A DNA stretch of 63,766 nucleotides, filler included, from Octopus bimaculoides (GCF_001194135.2; 4 parts of 3 records of this genome joined end to end with filler, not necessarily neighbours in it); one strand, 5' to 3'; counted from the whole stretch's first letter, positions 1 through 11,319 are shown. A program made the numbers and translations. Notes: generated from the letters alone by a model not told the origin.

Positions 1-59
1 AGGCATGTGTAAAATTTGAATGAAATTGGTTGCGTAGTTCTCGAGTTTTAGGGATTCAC

Positions 60-60
<1 letters not shown>

Positions 61-106
<46 letters not shown>

Positions 107-140
107 TACCGAAAGACAGACAGACAGACAGACAGACACA
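61..140. repeat. (AGAC)n tetranucleotide microsatellite
   Basis: Direct reading of cagacagaca... run. Confidence 0.95.
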
Positions 141-326
141 CATTCTCATTTATATATATATATATATATATATATACGATTCTTCTTTTTTGTTAAACAT
201 TGCAGCCTACTGTTTATATTAATGTTGTGTATACACATTACCGAATCGCTAAATTCTCCATTGGATGACAAAAAACATAAATACTGATAGAGAAACAGGT
301 TCGGAAAAAGCCGAACACCGACCGGG

Positions 327-375
327 CTTAAACGATGAGGCAACGGAAATAGCCGAAACCAATGTGAGTCTTAAG
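327..375 (+). ncRNA. Degenerate type I hammerhead ribozyme motif
   Basis: CTTAA-ACGATGA-GGC(loop 10)GCC-GAAAC-CAATGTGA-GTC-TTAAG: stem I CTTAA/TTAAG, stem II GGC/GCC, GUC triplet; core damaged (ACGATGA vs CUGANGA). Confidence 0.6.
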
Positions 376-1044
376 AATTTTCAGTCTTCATTTTTCGGAC
401 ATTTATGGTCCCTGTTAGTGCATATGCTTTCATTCATGTGCACTGACTACAGCATTATAACATTTTATTTCTTATTTCTAGAAATCTAGGTGTTTTTTAA
501 CACCCTAGTCATATTTAGTGACAATTATAATTCTCCCCTTTAATGAAACATTGCAATCTGCTGTTTATATTGCTACAGAAGTATATGGCAATTGTTACTG
601 GACATGTCGGGCTGGTTGTTTGTAAATAAATCACAACCCTTAAAGTTACGTAACTTAATTCTTTTTTGTATTTGGTTTCGAAGAGTCTTGATGCAAACTC
701 CGTGAGTAAAAACAGATTTTGCTGTATCTCGGGAAGCTCATTATGTCAATAATAAATACACGCACTGGTTCTATTGCACATCTGTTATGATTTCCATTTT
801 ACTTCTCAGAGGTCTTGATTTTACTTGCTTCGGGCAATTCTGCGGGAGCGGACAACAACCCGTTAAAAACATATTGAATAATGATTTAGAATTATTAACA
901 CAATGAAAGAGCACAAAACCGGCTGGAATCTTAAGAGACAGATCAGGTCATTTCACAGCACTACACTACACTTTTGTCACACACTGTACTTTATTGATTC
1001 TGTTTGCGATTTACGTTAAGTGTACACGCGTCTGTTGAATGCTT

Positions 1045-1370
1045 AGCCATTTAAAAAGAAAGCCAAAGACCCGCTTCAGCCATGAATGACCATGGAATAG
1101 CACAAGTCCGGGCAAGGTTGTTTATGGAAGGCCAGCAGTCGACCTTGCATACCAACCTCACCTCTCCACGCCACCCATGTTATCTGAAGGATACAGCTTG
1201 GCACCAGTAGCGACGTAACTCATTTCTACAGCTGAGTGAACTGGAGAAAGAAGTGAAATAAAGTGTCTTGCTCAAGAACACAACACACTACCTCATGATT
1301 GCGAGTTCATGATCGAACTCACTATCTCATGATTGCGAGGCCGATGCTTTAACCACAGAGCCATGCGCTT
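1045..1370 (-). mobile_element. tRNA-derived SINE
   Basis: Minus-strand tRNA-like head (TGGCTCTGTGG A-box-like, GAGTTCGATC B-box-like) followed by a body (CTTGAGCAAGACAC...) shared with copies at 18413, 54466 and 58425. Confidence 0.75.
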
Positions 1371-1765
1371 ACGTCATTTCAGAAACAGCTAATCTAATAG
1401 AGTGGATGAAATCCTCCTCGTCGATTGCCGAAAATCCCCAGCCGTTATGATTTACATACACAACTACTTAAAAGCTGACAAAAAACATGACAAGCAGACA
1501 TTGAGTTAGGCGCACATTCAGTCAGACAGGGAGAGACTTAGCAGTCAGAGGTGCAATGAGATTTACAGGTAGTAGGGGTAGTAGTTATTAGGTAGAAGAG
1601 GTAGGAGAAGTGAATAGCTGAACGCGACATGAGAATAATATTATCAGACAGACATCTAAACTTTCAAGTTTTTTGGCTTAAGCTACGGTGACCTACCTGC
1701 CTGTTGCTTAGCTGTCATGACTGATTTGTTTACCTCTTTTGGTTGGGACAAAAGCCTGGAAGGCA

Positions 1766-1775
1766 CGTAGTAGTG

Positions 1776-1838
<63 letters not shown>

Positions 1839-1867
1839 ATAGTGGTGGTGGTGGTGGTGGTGGTGGT
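1766..1867. repeat. (TAG)n/(GGT)n compound trinucleotide microsatellite
   Basis: Direct reading; explains the poly-Y/H ORF 1683..1895. Confidence 0.95.
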
Positions 1868-3064
1868 TGGTCTTTTTAAATAAATCTGTTTTCAAGGCAA
1901 GAGCAACATGTCTTTATGATCAATCTATCATTCTATCTATCTATATATCTATTTATTTGTCTCCTTGTCTGTCTTTCTAACAATCTATCGCNNNNNNNNN
2001 NNNNNNNNNNNNNNNNNNNNNNNNNNNNNNNNNNNNNNNNNNNNNNNNNNNNNNNNNNNNNNNNNNNNNNNNNNNNNNNNNNNNNNNNNNNNNNNNNNNN
2101 NNNNNNNNNNNNNNNNNNNNNNNNNNNNNNNNNNNNNNNNNNNNNNNNNNNNNNNNNNNNNNNNNNNNNNNNNNNNNNNNNNNNNNNNNNNNNNNNNNNN
2201 NNNNNNNNNNNNNNNNNNNNNNNNNNNNNNNNNNNNNNNNNNNNNNNNNNNNNNNNNNNNNNNNNNNNNNNNNNNNNNNNNNNNNNNNNNNNNNNNNNNN
2301 NNNNNNNNNNNNNNNNNNNNNNNNNNNNNNNNNNNNNNNNNNNNNNNNNNNNNNNNNNNNNNNNNNNNNNNNNNNNNNNNNNNNNNNNNNNNNNNNNNNN
2401 NNNNNNNNNNNNNNNNNNNNNNNNNNNNNNNNNNNNNNNNNNNNNNNNNNNNNNNNNNNNNNNNNNNNNNNNNNNNNNNNNNNNNNNNNNNNNNNNNNNN
2501 NNNNNNNNNNNNNNNNNNNNNNNNNNNNNNNNNNNNNNNNNNNNNNNNNNNNNNNNNNNNNNNNNNNNNNNNNNNNNNNNNNNNNNNNNNNNNNNNNNNN
2601 NNNNNNNNNNNNNNNNNNNNNNNNNNNNNNNNNNNNNNNNNNNNNNNNNNNNNNNNNNNNNNNNNNNNNNNNNNNNNNNNNNNNNNNNNNNNNNNNNNNN
2701 NNNNNNNNNNNNNNNNNNNNNNNNNNNNNNNNNNNNNNNNNNNNNNNNNNNNNNNNNNNNNNNNNNNNNNNNNNNNNNNNNNNNNNNNNNNNNNNNNNNN
2801 NNNNNNNNNNNNNNNNNNNNNNNNNNNNNNNNNNNNNNNNNNNNNNNNNNNNNNNNNNNNNNNNNNNNNNNNNNNNNNNNNNNNNNNNNNNNNNNNNNNN
2901 NNNNNNNNNNNNNNNNNNNNNNNNNNNNNNNNNNNNNNNNNNNNNNNNNNNNNNNNNNNNNNNNNGTTGCCCTTCATAAACATCAGCCTCTTAAAAGTTA
3001 TCATCTAACTGAGTGGCTTTTTTGGCCCTCAAAATAACTTTACCTATAGAGAATAGGTACTTAA

Positions 3065-4423
3065 CTGATTAACTGCAGCACTGGATGGGATGGCGGTGTT
3101 ATACCTAGTGAACAGGTCGATCAAGACCTGCTCACCCAAAAAGGTGACTTCAGTCAAGACCTCTTTTGATACGGCCTACAACCAGATCTTCACTAAGTTC
3201 TGCGCCTTGGATTTCAATTACCAGTTTTTCGTGTTCTCCCGGAACCGAGTGATGTTGCTGAAGAAATCCACCTCCTCATCCTCGTTGCCGGTGCTACTGC
3301 TACTCTCCACATTTGTCTCCATTAGGGCTGTCTCTATAACGGTCTCCAAGGCGTTCGATACTCTGCTAACCTGGCTGTTATTATACTGCTCCAGCCACAA
3401 TAGGTGGAACTTGGGGTGGAAGGTAGCGGCCAGCTGGTACTCCAAGTCTTCTAAGAGGAGCCCAAACTTTTTCGTGTTGCCTACCAGCATCACGTCTACC
3501 AGAGGAGTGCAGTACAGATGTTTGAACTTGACCTCCTTCAACTTCATGACGGTAGCTACTACGGTAAGCAGAAGGCTCCCGAGATGGGCCTGGTCCTCGC
3601 TCTGGATTTTATCCAAGGCCTTGGCAACATTAGACATCACCTGGGTGTACTCCGTCCAGAAGCCGATATCAGGATCAGTGAAGATCTGCAGCTTCAACTG
3701 AGTCATCACCCTGTGGACAGCTCCCCTTCTTCTCCAGCAGGTTGTTGAGGACAACAGCAGAGTCATAGGTAGAGTTCCATCTGGTACTGTTGGGGACCAT
3801 CAACCTCTTCGTCAATGCATCCAGAATGCTGTCAGCCGCCACCGTCCTGCGGCTCTGCAGATTCCACAGCCACTGTGCTTTGGACATGGCCTTCCTTGAA
3901 TGAAACTCTGCCCAGAGCTTTGTCAGCATCCAGGCTGGCAACCAAGTTGAAGGTATGGGCTGCACACTTTATGACACTGGCAGGTTTAGGCCCAAGCCGC
4001 TGGATTCGTCAAGGATGGCCATTAACAGAGATGTACTCAACTTCGTCCAAATCCCCAGCTCCAGGATCCACGTCCAAGTCCACATCGTCGACGCTCTCCA
4101 CGTCCGGATCGGCAGCAGCATCAGGAATGTCTGGCAAGAGATCAACTTACGTACCAAATTGTATAAATGCCTTAACAAAGTTCTTGCCGCTGTCTGTCGT
4201 GGTCCTGGTCACCTTGTCTTGCAGATGGAACTTGTAATTGGTGTCTACCAGAGCAAGAACGTCAAAGGTGTGACGTCTTCTGAGACGAGAGCAGGCCAGT
4301 ATGGTGTGTCGTCGCGTACGGGTCTTGGCGTTCGGCCAGTATGCCGTCATCACCAGGTAGGACATCTTGTAGGCCCACCAACAGTCCATGGAGGTAGCCA
4401 CCCAGGGGACATCCTTGATCAAT
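3065..4423 (-). pseudogene. hAT-superfamily DNA transposase remnant with frameshifts and in-frame stops
   Basis: Motifs across minus ORFs: WVATSMDCW, TTDSGKNFVKAF, RWNSTYD, AATFHPKF. Read through two stops, the 3218..3766 frame gives DLFTRYNTAIPSSAAV, the start of the hAT C-terminal dimerisation motif. Confidence 0.9.
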
Positions 4424-4587
4424 CTGTAATTTAAAAAGTTAAACTGTAAAGAGACAGAGGCTGTAAAATTAACAACTTAAAATTATATATATATAATAAT
4501 TCACCGTCACTAAGAGTGACAAGGGTGGAGTGAGCACCGGCGTTGCTAGAAATAGGAATCGTAAACCCTCTCCACTGTGAGCGAGGT

Positions 4588-4641
4588 GCATTAGATTAAC
4601 ATGCTAATTTCGTATAGGAAATTAAAATTCATCAGTAATGC
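4588..4641 (-). ncRNA. Type I hammerhead-like motif with decayed stem II
   Basis: Minus: GCATTA CTGATGA (17 nt) GAAA TTAGCATGTTAA TC TAATGC; perfect 6-bp stem I, intact core, near-palindromic stem III, AUC triplet. Confidence 0.6.
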
Positions 4642-5234
4642 TCACTCCATCACAGCTGGTTGAGGCCAACTTACACTGTCAATATTATGGAGAATGTCAT
4701 TGGAATCAGTGACTGATTTCACAAAATGGCAATGTGAAAATTAAACCAACAAGGAAATAAATTCACCGTCACCATATATAAACTGATGCAGTGTATGACC
4801 AAGGCCTGCTAAAAAAACAAATAGCCTCTCATCCGCATCTCCACGCAAGCTGTAATAGTCTTTGTGAGCACGTGTTTTGTACAATTTTCGCGGGTAGGAA
4901 GGAAGCAGGAGACTTAATCGCAGTATTTTATAACCGTATTTTGTTTATAGAAATTGCACACGTAGTTTAACATTTGCTACTAAGCTGTTCTAAATTCATG
5001 GAAATATTGCTTATAATTTAAAACCCTCTTATTAATCTTTTCAAAATTATGACACTACTTTGTTAGGTGACGCGTTGGTGGGGCGGGGAGGATGAATAGC
5101 CGAGATGAGGGATGGAATGATGGTCGGAATTTGATAAGTTCAGAACTTAAGATTCGTTTATTCGTTATTTCATTAAAGACTGCTGTTTTAGCTGGCTGTG
5201 CAGACTTAATAATGAGTGGAAAATAAATAAATAA

Positions 5235-5269
<35 letters not shown>

Positions 5270-5699
5270 ATATATTATATATTATGACATTTATTTCAAT
5301 TAGGTATTATACATTTTATTACATTGACCAAGAAAATAATTATTTAATAAATAATTAAATCAAATTAAGAGAATATGAAGTACGCCATAATAATAATGTA
5401 ATAATCTTGTATAATTTTAGTCTGTAAATACCTTTCTGCGCTGATCTTTGGATTATTTCTTAGGTCTTCGAGAAGGTGTGACACCGTTCCCAGGATTGAG
5501 CCTTCATGGCTGGATCATAAAGTTACGACGTTTCATAACCCTGTCATTAGATCGTTAAAAATCAAGTTTCCAATGACTTCAAACGCTTACAGAGCAGACC
5601 TTCAACTTAAATTAGAACTAACTTCTACCTATCTCTCCTTCAAACCTTGGCATACAAATTAAAAGAAGAAAAGAAACTGGAAAATATTTCATTTGAAGT

Positions 5700-5815
5700 A
5701 TGTGTGTATGTACGTGTGTGTGTGTGTGTATGTATGTGTGTGTGTGTACGTGTGTGTGTGTACGTGTGTGTGTGTGTATGTGTGTGTGTACGTGTGTGTG
5801 TACGTGTGTGTGTGT

Positions 5816-5910
<95 letters not shown>

Positions 5911-5920
5911 TGTGTGTTTG
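5700..5920. repeat. (GT)n microsatellite with GTAC interruptions
   Basis: Direct reading. Confidence 0.95.
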
Positions 5921-6573
5921 TGTCCCCTCTATATCTTCATTTGTGTGCTTCGTAGTACATGCGTCGTGTAACATAAATGATATTCCTTGAGTTCGCTTGA
6001 TCGGAGCTTCGACCTCAGTTTAACCAACAACAGTACTACTGCAAGATTTACATTTATTGTCTTAACTATCAATGGCGACCAAGGTAGACTTTGCTCTGTT
6101 ATGAGTACGTCCACAAGTAAAGATCAGGTCACTGATCTCAACTAAACATAACTAAAACTACAATGCTGCTACTCTACAATGTCGTTAATTGATGATACAT
6201 CAAACACGAACATAACAAACGTTTCGTTTACATGGAAATAAATATCAATGGCGGAACATTTCAGTAATCTTCTTTTAAATTCAAATTAATTTTAAGACAA
6301 AACGCAACTTCCTTGTTTTCATTTAAAATAATATTTCCTAAATCGGATTTTAATTTTCTTTAACAGTGATTCATGATCCTTGGCAGGCAATTAACAGTAA
6401 CTGGTTTTAACATGTTTAAATTTTGTTGGGTTTTACTTGTCATGGGAAATGTCAGACGCCGTATCAAATTGAGGACATACATTATAATACTTATGTAATC
6501 TCCTTTAATAAACCTGTCATTTGTCAAGTTGCTGTTTATTTTCGAACTTCTTTGATCTTTTCATTTAATTACA

Positions 6574-6623
<50 letters not shown>

Positions 6624-7346
6624 GCATACATATTGTATATACGCACATATATATACATATGCATATAACAAATATATATATATATACATGTATATATAAA
6701 TACATGTATATATATGTATATATATAGTGTGTATGTGCGTGTGTGTGCATGTGTATTTGTTTTTCAGAAATCTGAGAGCTTTGTTTTGTTTTTTATTTTA
6801 TGTAGTTATTTCGTGGAAGTGTCGTTCCAGTCATTTATCAACCCCAAAGTGCTCTTTTCACTTTTCCTATCTAAAGTTTCTTTGCATGTCTGTGACCTAA
6901 TCATTGACTTCATTGACAGAAGAAAAAAAAATGGAACTGCGTCAGTAATAAAGAGCAGACAATCCAGGAAACTTAGTGATACTTCATAATTCACACTACA
7001 ATTAAGAAAGAAATCAAGAGAAAACATCTCGTTTTTATGTGTCTGACTCTTCTGCTATGTGTTGTGTGTGTGTGTGTGTGTATGTGCGTATTTGATTCTG
7101 TGTGTGTGTTTGCGTACATGGATGTATATGTGTGTACGCTTATGTGTGCATATGTATTTACTGGAGAAATAGCTCCCAATGAAATAACCAAAGTACTGAA
7201 ATATGTGTTTATGTACATGATGTGGATATATGTATGCATGAATATATGTACGTACGTAGTAACGTACATATATTTACGTGTGTGTATGTTTGGGTGTGTG
7301 AGTGTGTGGGGGGTGCATGTTTGTTTAGATAAGTGCGTCTCTCCCG

Positions 7347-7378
<32 letters not shown>

Positions 7379-7480
7379 ACATATATATGCATATATACAT
7401 ACATAAATGCGTGTATATATACATATATGCACACATACATATGCATATATATGCATTTATATATACATCGATATATGCAC

Positions 7481-7516
<36 letters not shown>

Positions 7517-8609
7517 NNNNNNNNNNNNNNNNNNNNNNNNNNNNNNNNNNNNNNNNNNNNNNNNNNNNNNNNNNNNNNNNNNNNNNNNNNNNNNNNNNNN
7601 NNNNNNNNNNNNNNNNNNNNNNNNNNNNNNNNNNNNNNNNNNNNNNNNNNNNNNNNNNNNNNNNNNNNNNNNNNNNNNNNNNNNNNNNNNNNNNNNNNNN
7701 NNNNNNNNNNNNNNNNNNNNNNNNNNNNNNNNNNNNNNNNNNNNNNNNNNNNNNNNNNNNNNNNNNNNNNNNNNNNNNNNNNNNNNNNNNNNNNNNNNNN
7801 NNNNNNNNNNNNNNNNNNNNNNNNNNNNNNNNNNNNNNNNNNNNNNNNNNNNNNNNNNNNNNNNNNNNNNNNNNNNNNNNNNNNNNNNNNNNNNNNNNNN
7901 NNNNNNNNNNNNNNNNNNNNNNNNNNNNNNNNNNNNNNNNNNNNNNNNNNNNNNNNNNNNNNNNNNNNNNNNNNNNNNNNNNNNNNNNNNNNNNNNNNNN
8001 NNNNNNNNNNNNNNNNNNNNNNNNNNNNNNNTCAGGCATATTTGATTAAAAGTAAAACTATTCCATAGAATTTGTTTCTTTTATTTCTACATTTCATATT
8101 CTTTTCCCCTTTTTTCTTTTTTTCTTTTCTTTTTTTTTTTTTTCTGCCACATTAATATCTTTGTTTTCATTTCGAACGTAAATATAAGTTTCCCTAGGGC
8201 TCTGCTTATCGACGTTTTAAGGTCACATGACCCTATCATATAGTATGTCCATCCATTATGCGACGGATACTGGAGAGTGCATTGCTTTTATGTTGTCTCC
8301 AAATTTTAACTGCTATTGGCTAATGTAAATGTGTGGAGATTAGTAGTAAAACATTGTAGAGGAAAACTTCAGTACGTTCTCCAAGTTTGTTTTTATATGT
8401 CGATGAAGGATAGTGTACGGGTGCATTAGTATTGATTCCACGCTTGGATAGGGATTATACGAAATATTAGTGAGTATATCTCTCTTTATCCTTCTTGATT
8501 TTTCATATAATGATTTTCAGGTGCATAGTTAGTTTACAGGAATGCGTAGTTGTAGTCTGAACAACGTAACAACGTTTTATACATGTTTTTTTTTTTGTAT
8601 TTTTTTATG

Positions 8610-8652
<43 letters not shown>

Positions 8653-9346
8653 TGTATATATTGAAGGTTACGCAAAAAAATCTGCAGATATATANNNNNN
8701 NNNNNNNNNNNNNNNNNNNNNNNNNNNNNNNNNNNNNNNNNNNNNNNNNNNNNNNNNNNNNNNNNNNNNNNNNNNNNNNNNNNNNNNNNNNNNNNNNNNN
8801 NNNNNNNNNNNNNNNNNNNNNNNNNNNNNNNNNNNNNNNNNNNNNNNNNNNNNNNNNNNNNNNNNNNNNNNNNNNNNNNNNNNNNNNNNNNNNNNNNNNN
8901 NNNNNNNNNNNNNNNNNNNNNNNNNNNNNNNNNNNNNNNNNNNNNNNNNNNNNNNNNNNNNNNNNNNNNNNNNNATATATATATATATATATATATACAT
9001 ATATATATGCATGTATACATACAAGCATACATATATGAGAGCGTACTTGTGTGTGTGTATGTGCGTGCTTGGACGCATTTTTGTGTATGTGTACGTAGAT
9101 ACATTGCGTTTTTTAATATCTATTATTGGAGTCGTGGCTTTTGTTGTTGTTGTTGTTCTTGTTCTTTTTGTTGTCTTCGTCGTCGTACATAAGTACTTAA
9201 AACAATTGGACAAGCATGATACATATCACAAACTTATACTTGCTCACGAGTGACGTCTGTTCGTATTCTAAATAGGGTTATACTTGTATAATACTCTTCC
9301 TCACTCTCTACCTCTCTCCCTCTCTCTCTACCTCTCTTCTCTCTCC

Positions 9347-9389
<43 letters not shown>

Positions 9390-10226
9390 TGCCATATGTA
9401 ACACAATTATATTTCAATAAAAAGAAATTGTCCGTTATTATAAGAAACATAAAAGCTGCGTGCTGACGGAATCGTTCGCATGCCGGGCAAAATGCTTAGC
9501 AGCATATCACTGGTCTTTACCTTCCCTGTGTTGGATCTTGAGCCTACAGTGAACAGCAGACTACACGCCGGTCTATACGCTTCTGTAATTTTACGTATTA
9601 CATTGCGTGCATTTGGTCTTTACTTGGGGATATATGCATAACTGGAAGGAAAAATCCGTATATGCTTCAATAAGTACGAGAGTGTCAGTACACACTGTTA
9701 ATACTCAGATATGCTATTCGCGACGCTACTTTGATGTACCTCGGTTTTATTGAATCCTGAAAAAAGAGTGCTTTATCCCCTTCATTCCATCCACTAACAA
9801 ATTTTAGACCCGTGCTGATATTCATAGCTTTGTGTGCCGCGTCAGGCTATATGCACTATTCTACAATACTCCACCTGCATCTAATGAAGAGGACTGCTTC
9901 ACCGACCAGGGCCGTCGACCAACCCACTGGATGAAACTCCATATTTGATTTTAGATTAATATTTTTATGGTGAATGTTTCTTTGTATGGTATTCGCTGTG
10001 ATTTTAAAAGTATTTGCTTTTATATATTATTGTAATAATCTTATTGTTCAATATTATATATTATTAAAATTTTACATTATTGTGTATGGTATATGTCTCA
10101 CAGCATGGTTTTGGATGGGTTCTTTATTGACTGAGTTGTGGAATGGTGGTTCGTCTCTAAAGTCGCCATGGTAGATCGCTGACCACTACATTTATATTTT
10201 TTTCTCTCCTTGTTTTTCTCCTTATT

Positions 10227-10263
10227 TCTTTCTGTTGAAGAGCGTAGCTCGAAACGTTAAAGA
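10227..10263 (+). ncRNA. Minimal hammerhead-like motif of the Penelope-like-element type (core variant)
   Basis: TCTTT CTGTTGA A GAGC-GTA-GCTC GAAACGT T AAAGA: 5-bp stem I, 4-bp stem II, palindromic ACGT stem III; A6U and one extra A in the core. Confidence 0.6.
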
Positions 10264-10419
10264 CTTTCTCTATTCCCGAGCGATAAACTAATACATCCTT
10301 TTGTTGTTTACACCACCTGTCCTCGCCTGTTGTTGTTTTTTCGTAAATTCTCCCATATATATATATATATATATANNNNNNNNNNNNNNNNNNNNNNNNN
10401 NNNNNNNNNNNNNNNNNNN

Positions 10420-10431
10420 TTAATTAATTAA
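10420..10431. other. Artificial TTAATTAATTAA six-frame stop linker in a 100-nt scaffold gap
   Basis: Flanked by exactly 44 N on each side; the same linker sits inside N gaps at 41184-41195 and 62132-62143. Confidence 0.9.
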
Positions 10432-10571
10432 NNNNNNNNNNNNNNNNNNNNNNNNNNNNNNNNNNNNNNNNNNNNTTAAGTTTAGGCACCAGAAATAAGT
10501 ATGGTATTATCCATATAGTTTCAAAATAAGGGGATTAAAATCAAAATAAGCAACAAGGATATCCAAAGTTA

Positions 10572-10661
10572 ATGCAGTACGATCGTTTCCTGGGACTCCA
10601 TTTAATTAAGCAATGGGAACATTACATCAAATGTAAAATGCAGAGCAATCCTCAGCTGCAC
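10572..10661 (-). ncRNA. Type I hammerhead ribozyme with long stem II domain (copy A)
   Basis: Minus: GTGCAG CTGAGGA [59 nt] GAAA CGATCG TA CTGCAT; 6-bp stem I, exact CUGANGA and GAAA core, palindromic ACGATCGT stem III, GUA triplet. Confidence 0.8.
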
Positions 10662-10897
10662 AAAGATATAGAAATTTACTGAAATTTCATTTCAACAGAA
10701 AGACATATTGTTGTAACTGCATTCAAACTCTCCAAGTAGAAAGGAAGAATACAAAAAACCATTTTGACTTAGCCAGACCTTACAGACTAGCCTGTATATG
10801 CCCCATTATTAGAATGTGTGTGTGTGTGTATGAGTCTGCATATCTCCAAGTTGGGTGAACAGAATGTAAGGAAGTAACAAGGATGTCCAGGTATTAA

Positions 10898-10984
10898 TAC
10901 ATTACAGCCGTTTCAAGTGGCTCCATTTAATCGATCAATGTAAACATTCCATCAATTTGAAAGAAACCACTCTCCTCAGACGTA
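10898..10984 (-). ncRNA. Type I hammerhead ribozyme with long stem II domain (copy B)
   Basis: Minus: TACGT CTGAGGA GAGTGGTTTC...GGAGCCACTT GAAA CGGCTG TA ATGTA; the 10-bp basal stem II pairs fully when G-U is allowed. Confidence 0.8.
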
Positions 10985-11232
10985 GATGACCATATAGATT
11001 TCTAACCTAAAGGATAAACCATTTTAGCAAATTCATATCAATACCAGAAACCAAAATAATTTCCTCTGCTACTCTCTAAATTATGGTAGGCTTAATAAGA
11101 TATGAATTTTTTCTAATCTCATTCTTTTACAAATATAACATAAGGAAATAAAGTACTTATTTTGGTTTCTGGTATTGATATAAATTTGTTTAAAATGGTT
11201 TATCCTTTATATTGAAAATCCATATGGTCATC

Positions 11233-11319
11233 TATGTCTGAGGAGAGAGGTTTCTTTCAAATTGATGTATTGTTTCCATTGATTGATTAAATGGAGCTGC
11301 TCGAAACGGCCGTAATATA
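11233..11319 (+). ncRNA. Type I hammerhead ribozyme with long stem II domain (copy C)
   Basis: TATGT CTGAGGA GAGAGGTTTC...GGAGCTGCTC GAAA CGGCCG TA ATATA; G10.1-C11.1 intact, palindromic ACGGCCGT stem III, GUA triplet. Confidence 0.82.

Noticed and set aside
895-950. CAATGA...AGAGC...GGCT GGAA TCTTAAGAGAC as a second hammerhead near 327
   Set aside because: Palindrome present, but core, stem II and stem I are all too degenerate.
3090-4434. Plus-strand ORFs 3090..3701, 3815..4237 and 3955..4434; also 35338..35757 (+)
   Set aside because: Antisense shadows of transposase or RT coding sequence.
8206-8245. GGTC-ATGT-GACC hairpin followed by AAAACGTCG on the minus strand (also GTCATGTGAC near 62877)
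   Set aside because: Resembles a PLE-type motif but lacks CUGANGA, GAAA and stem I.
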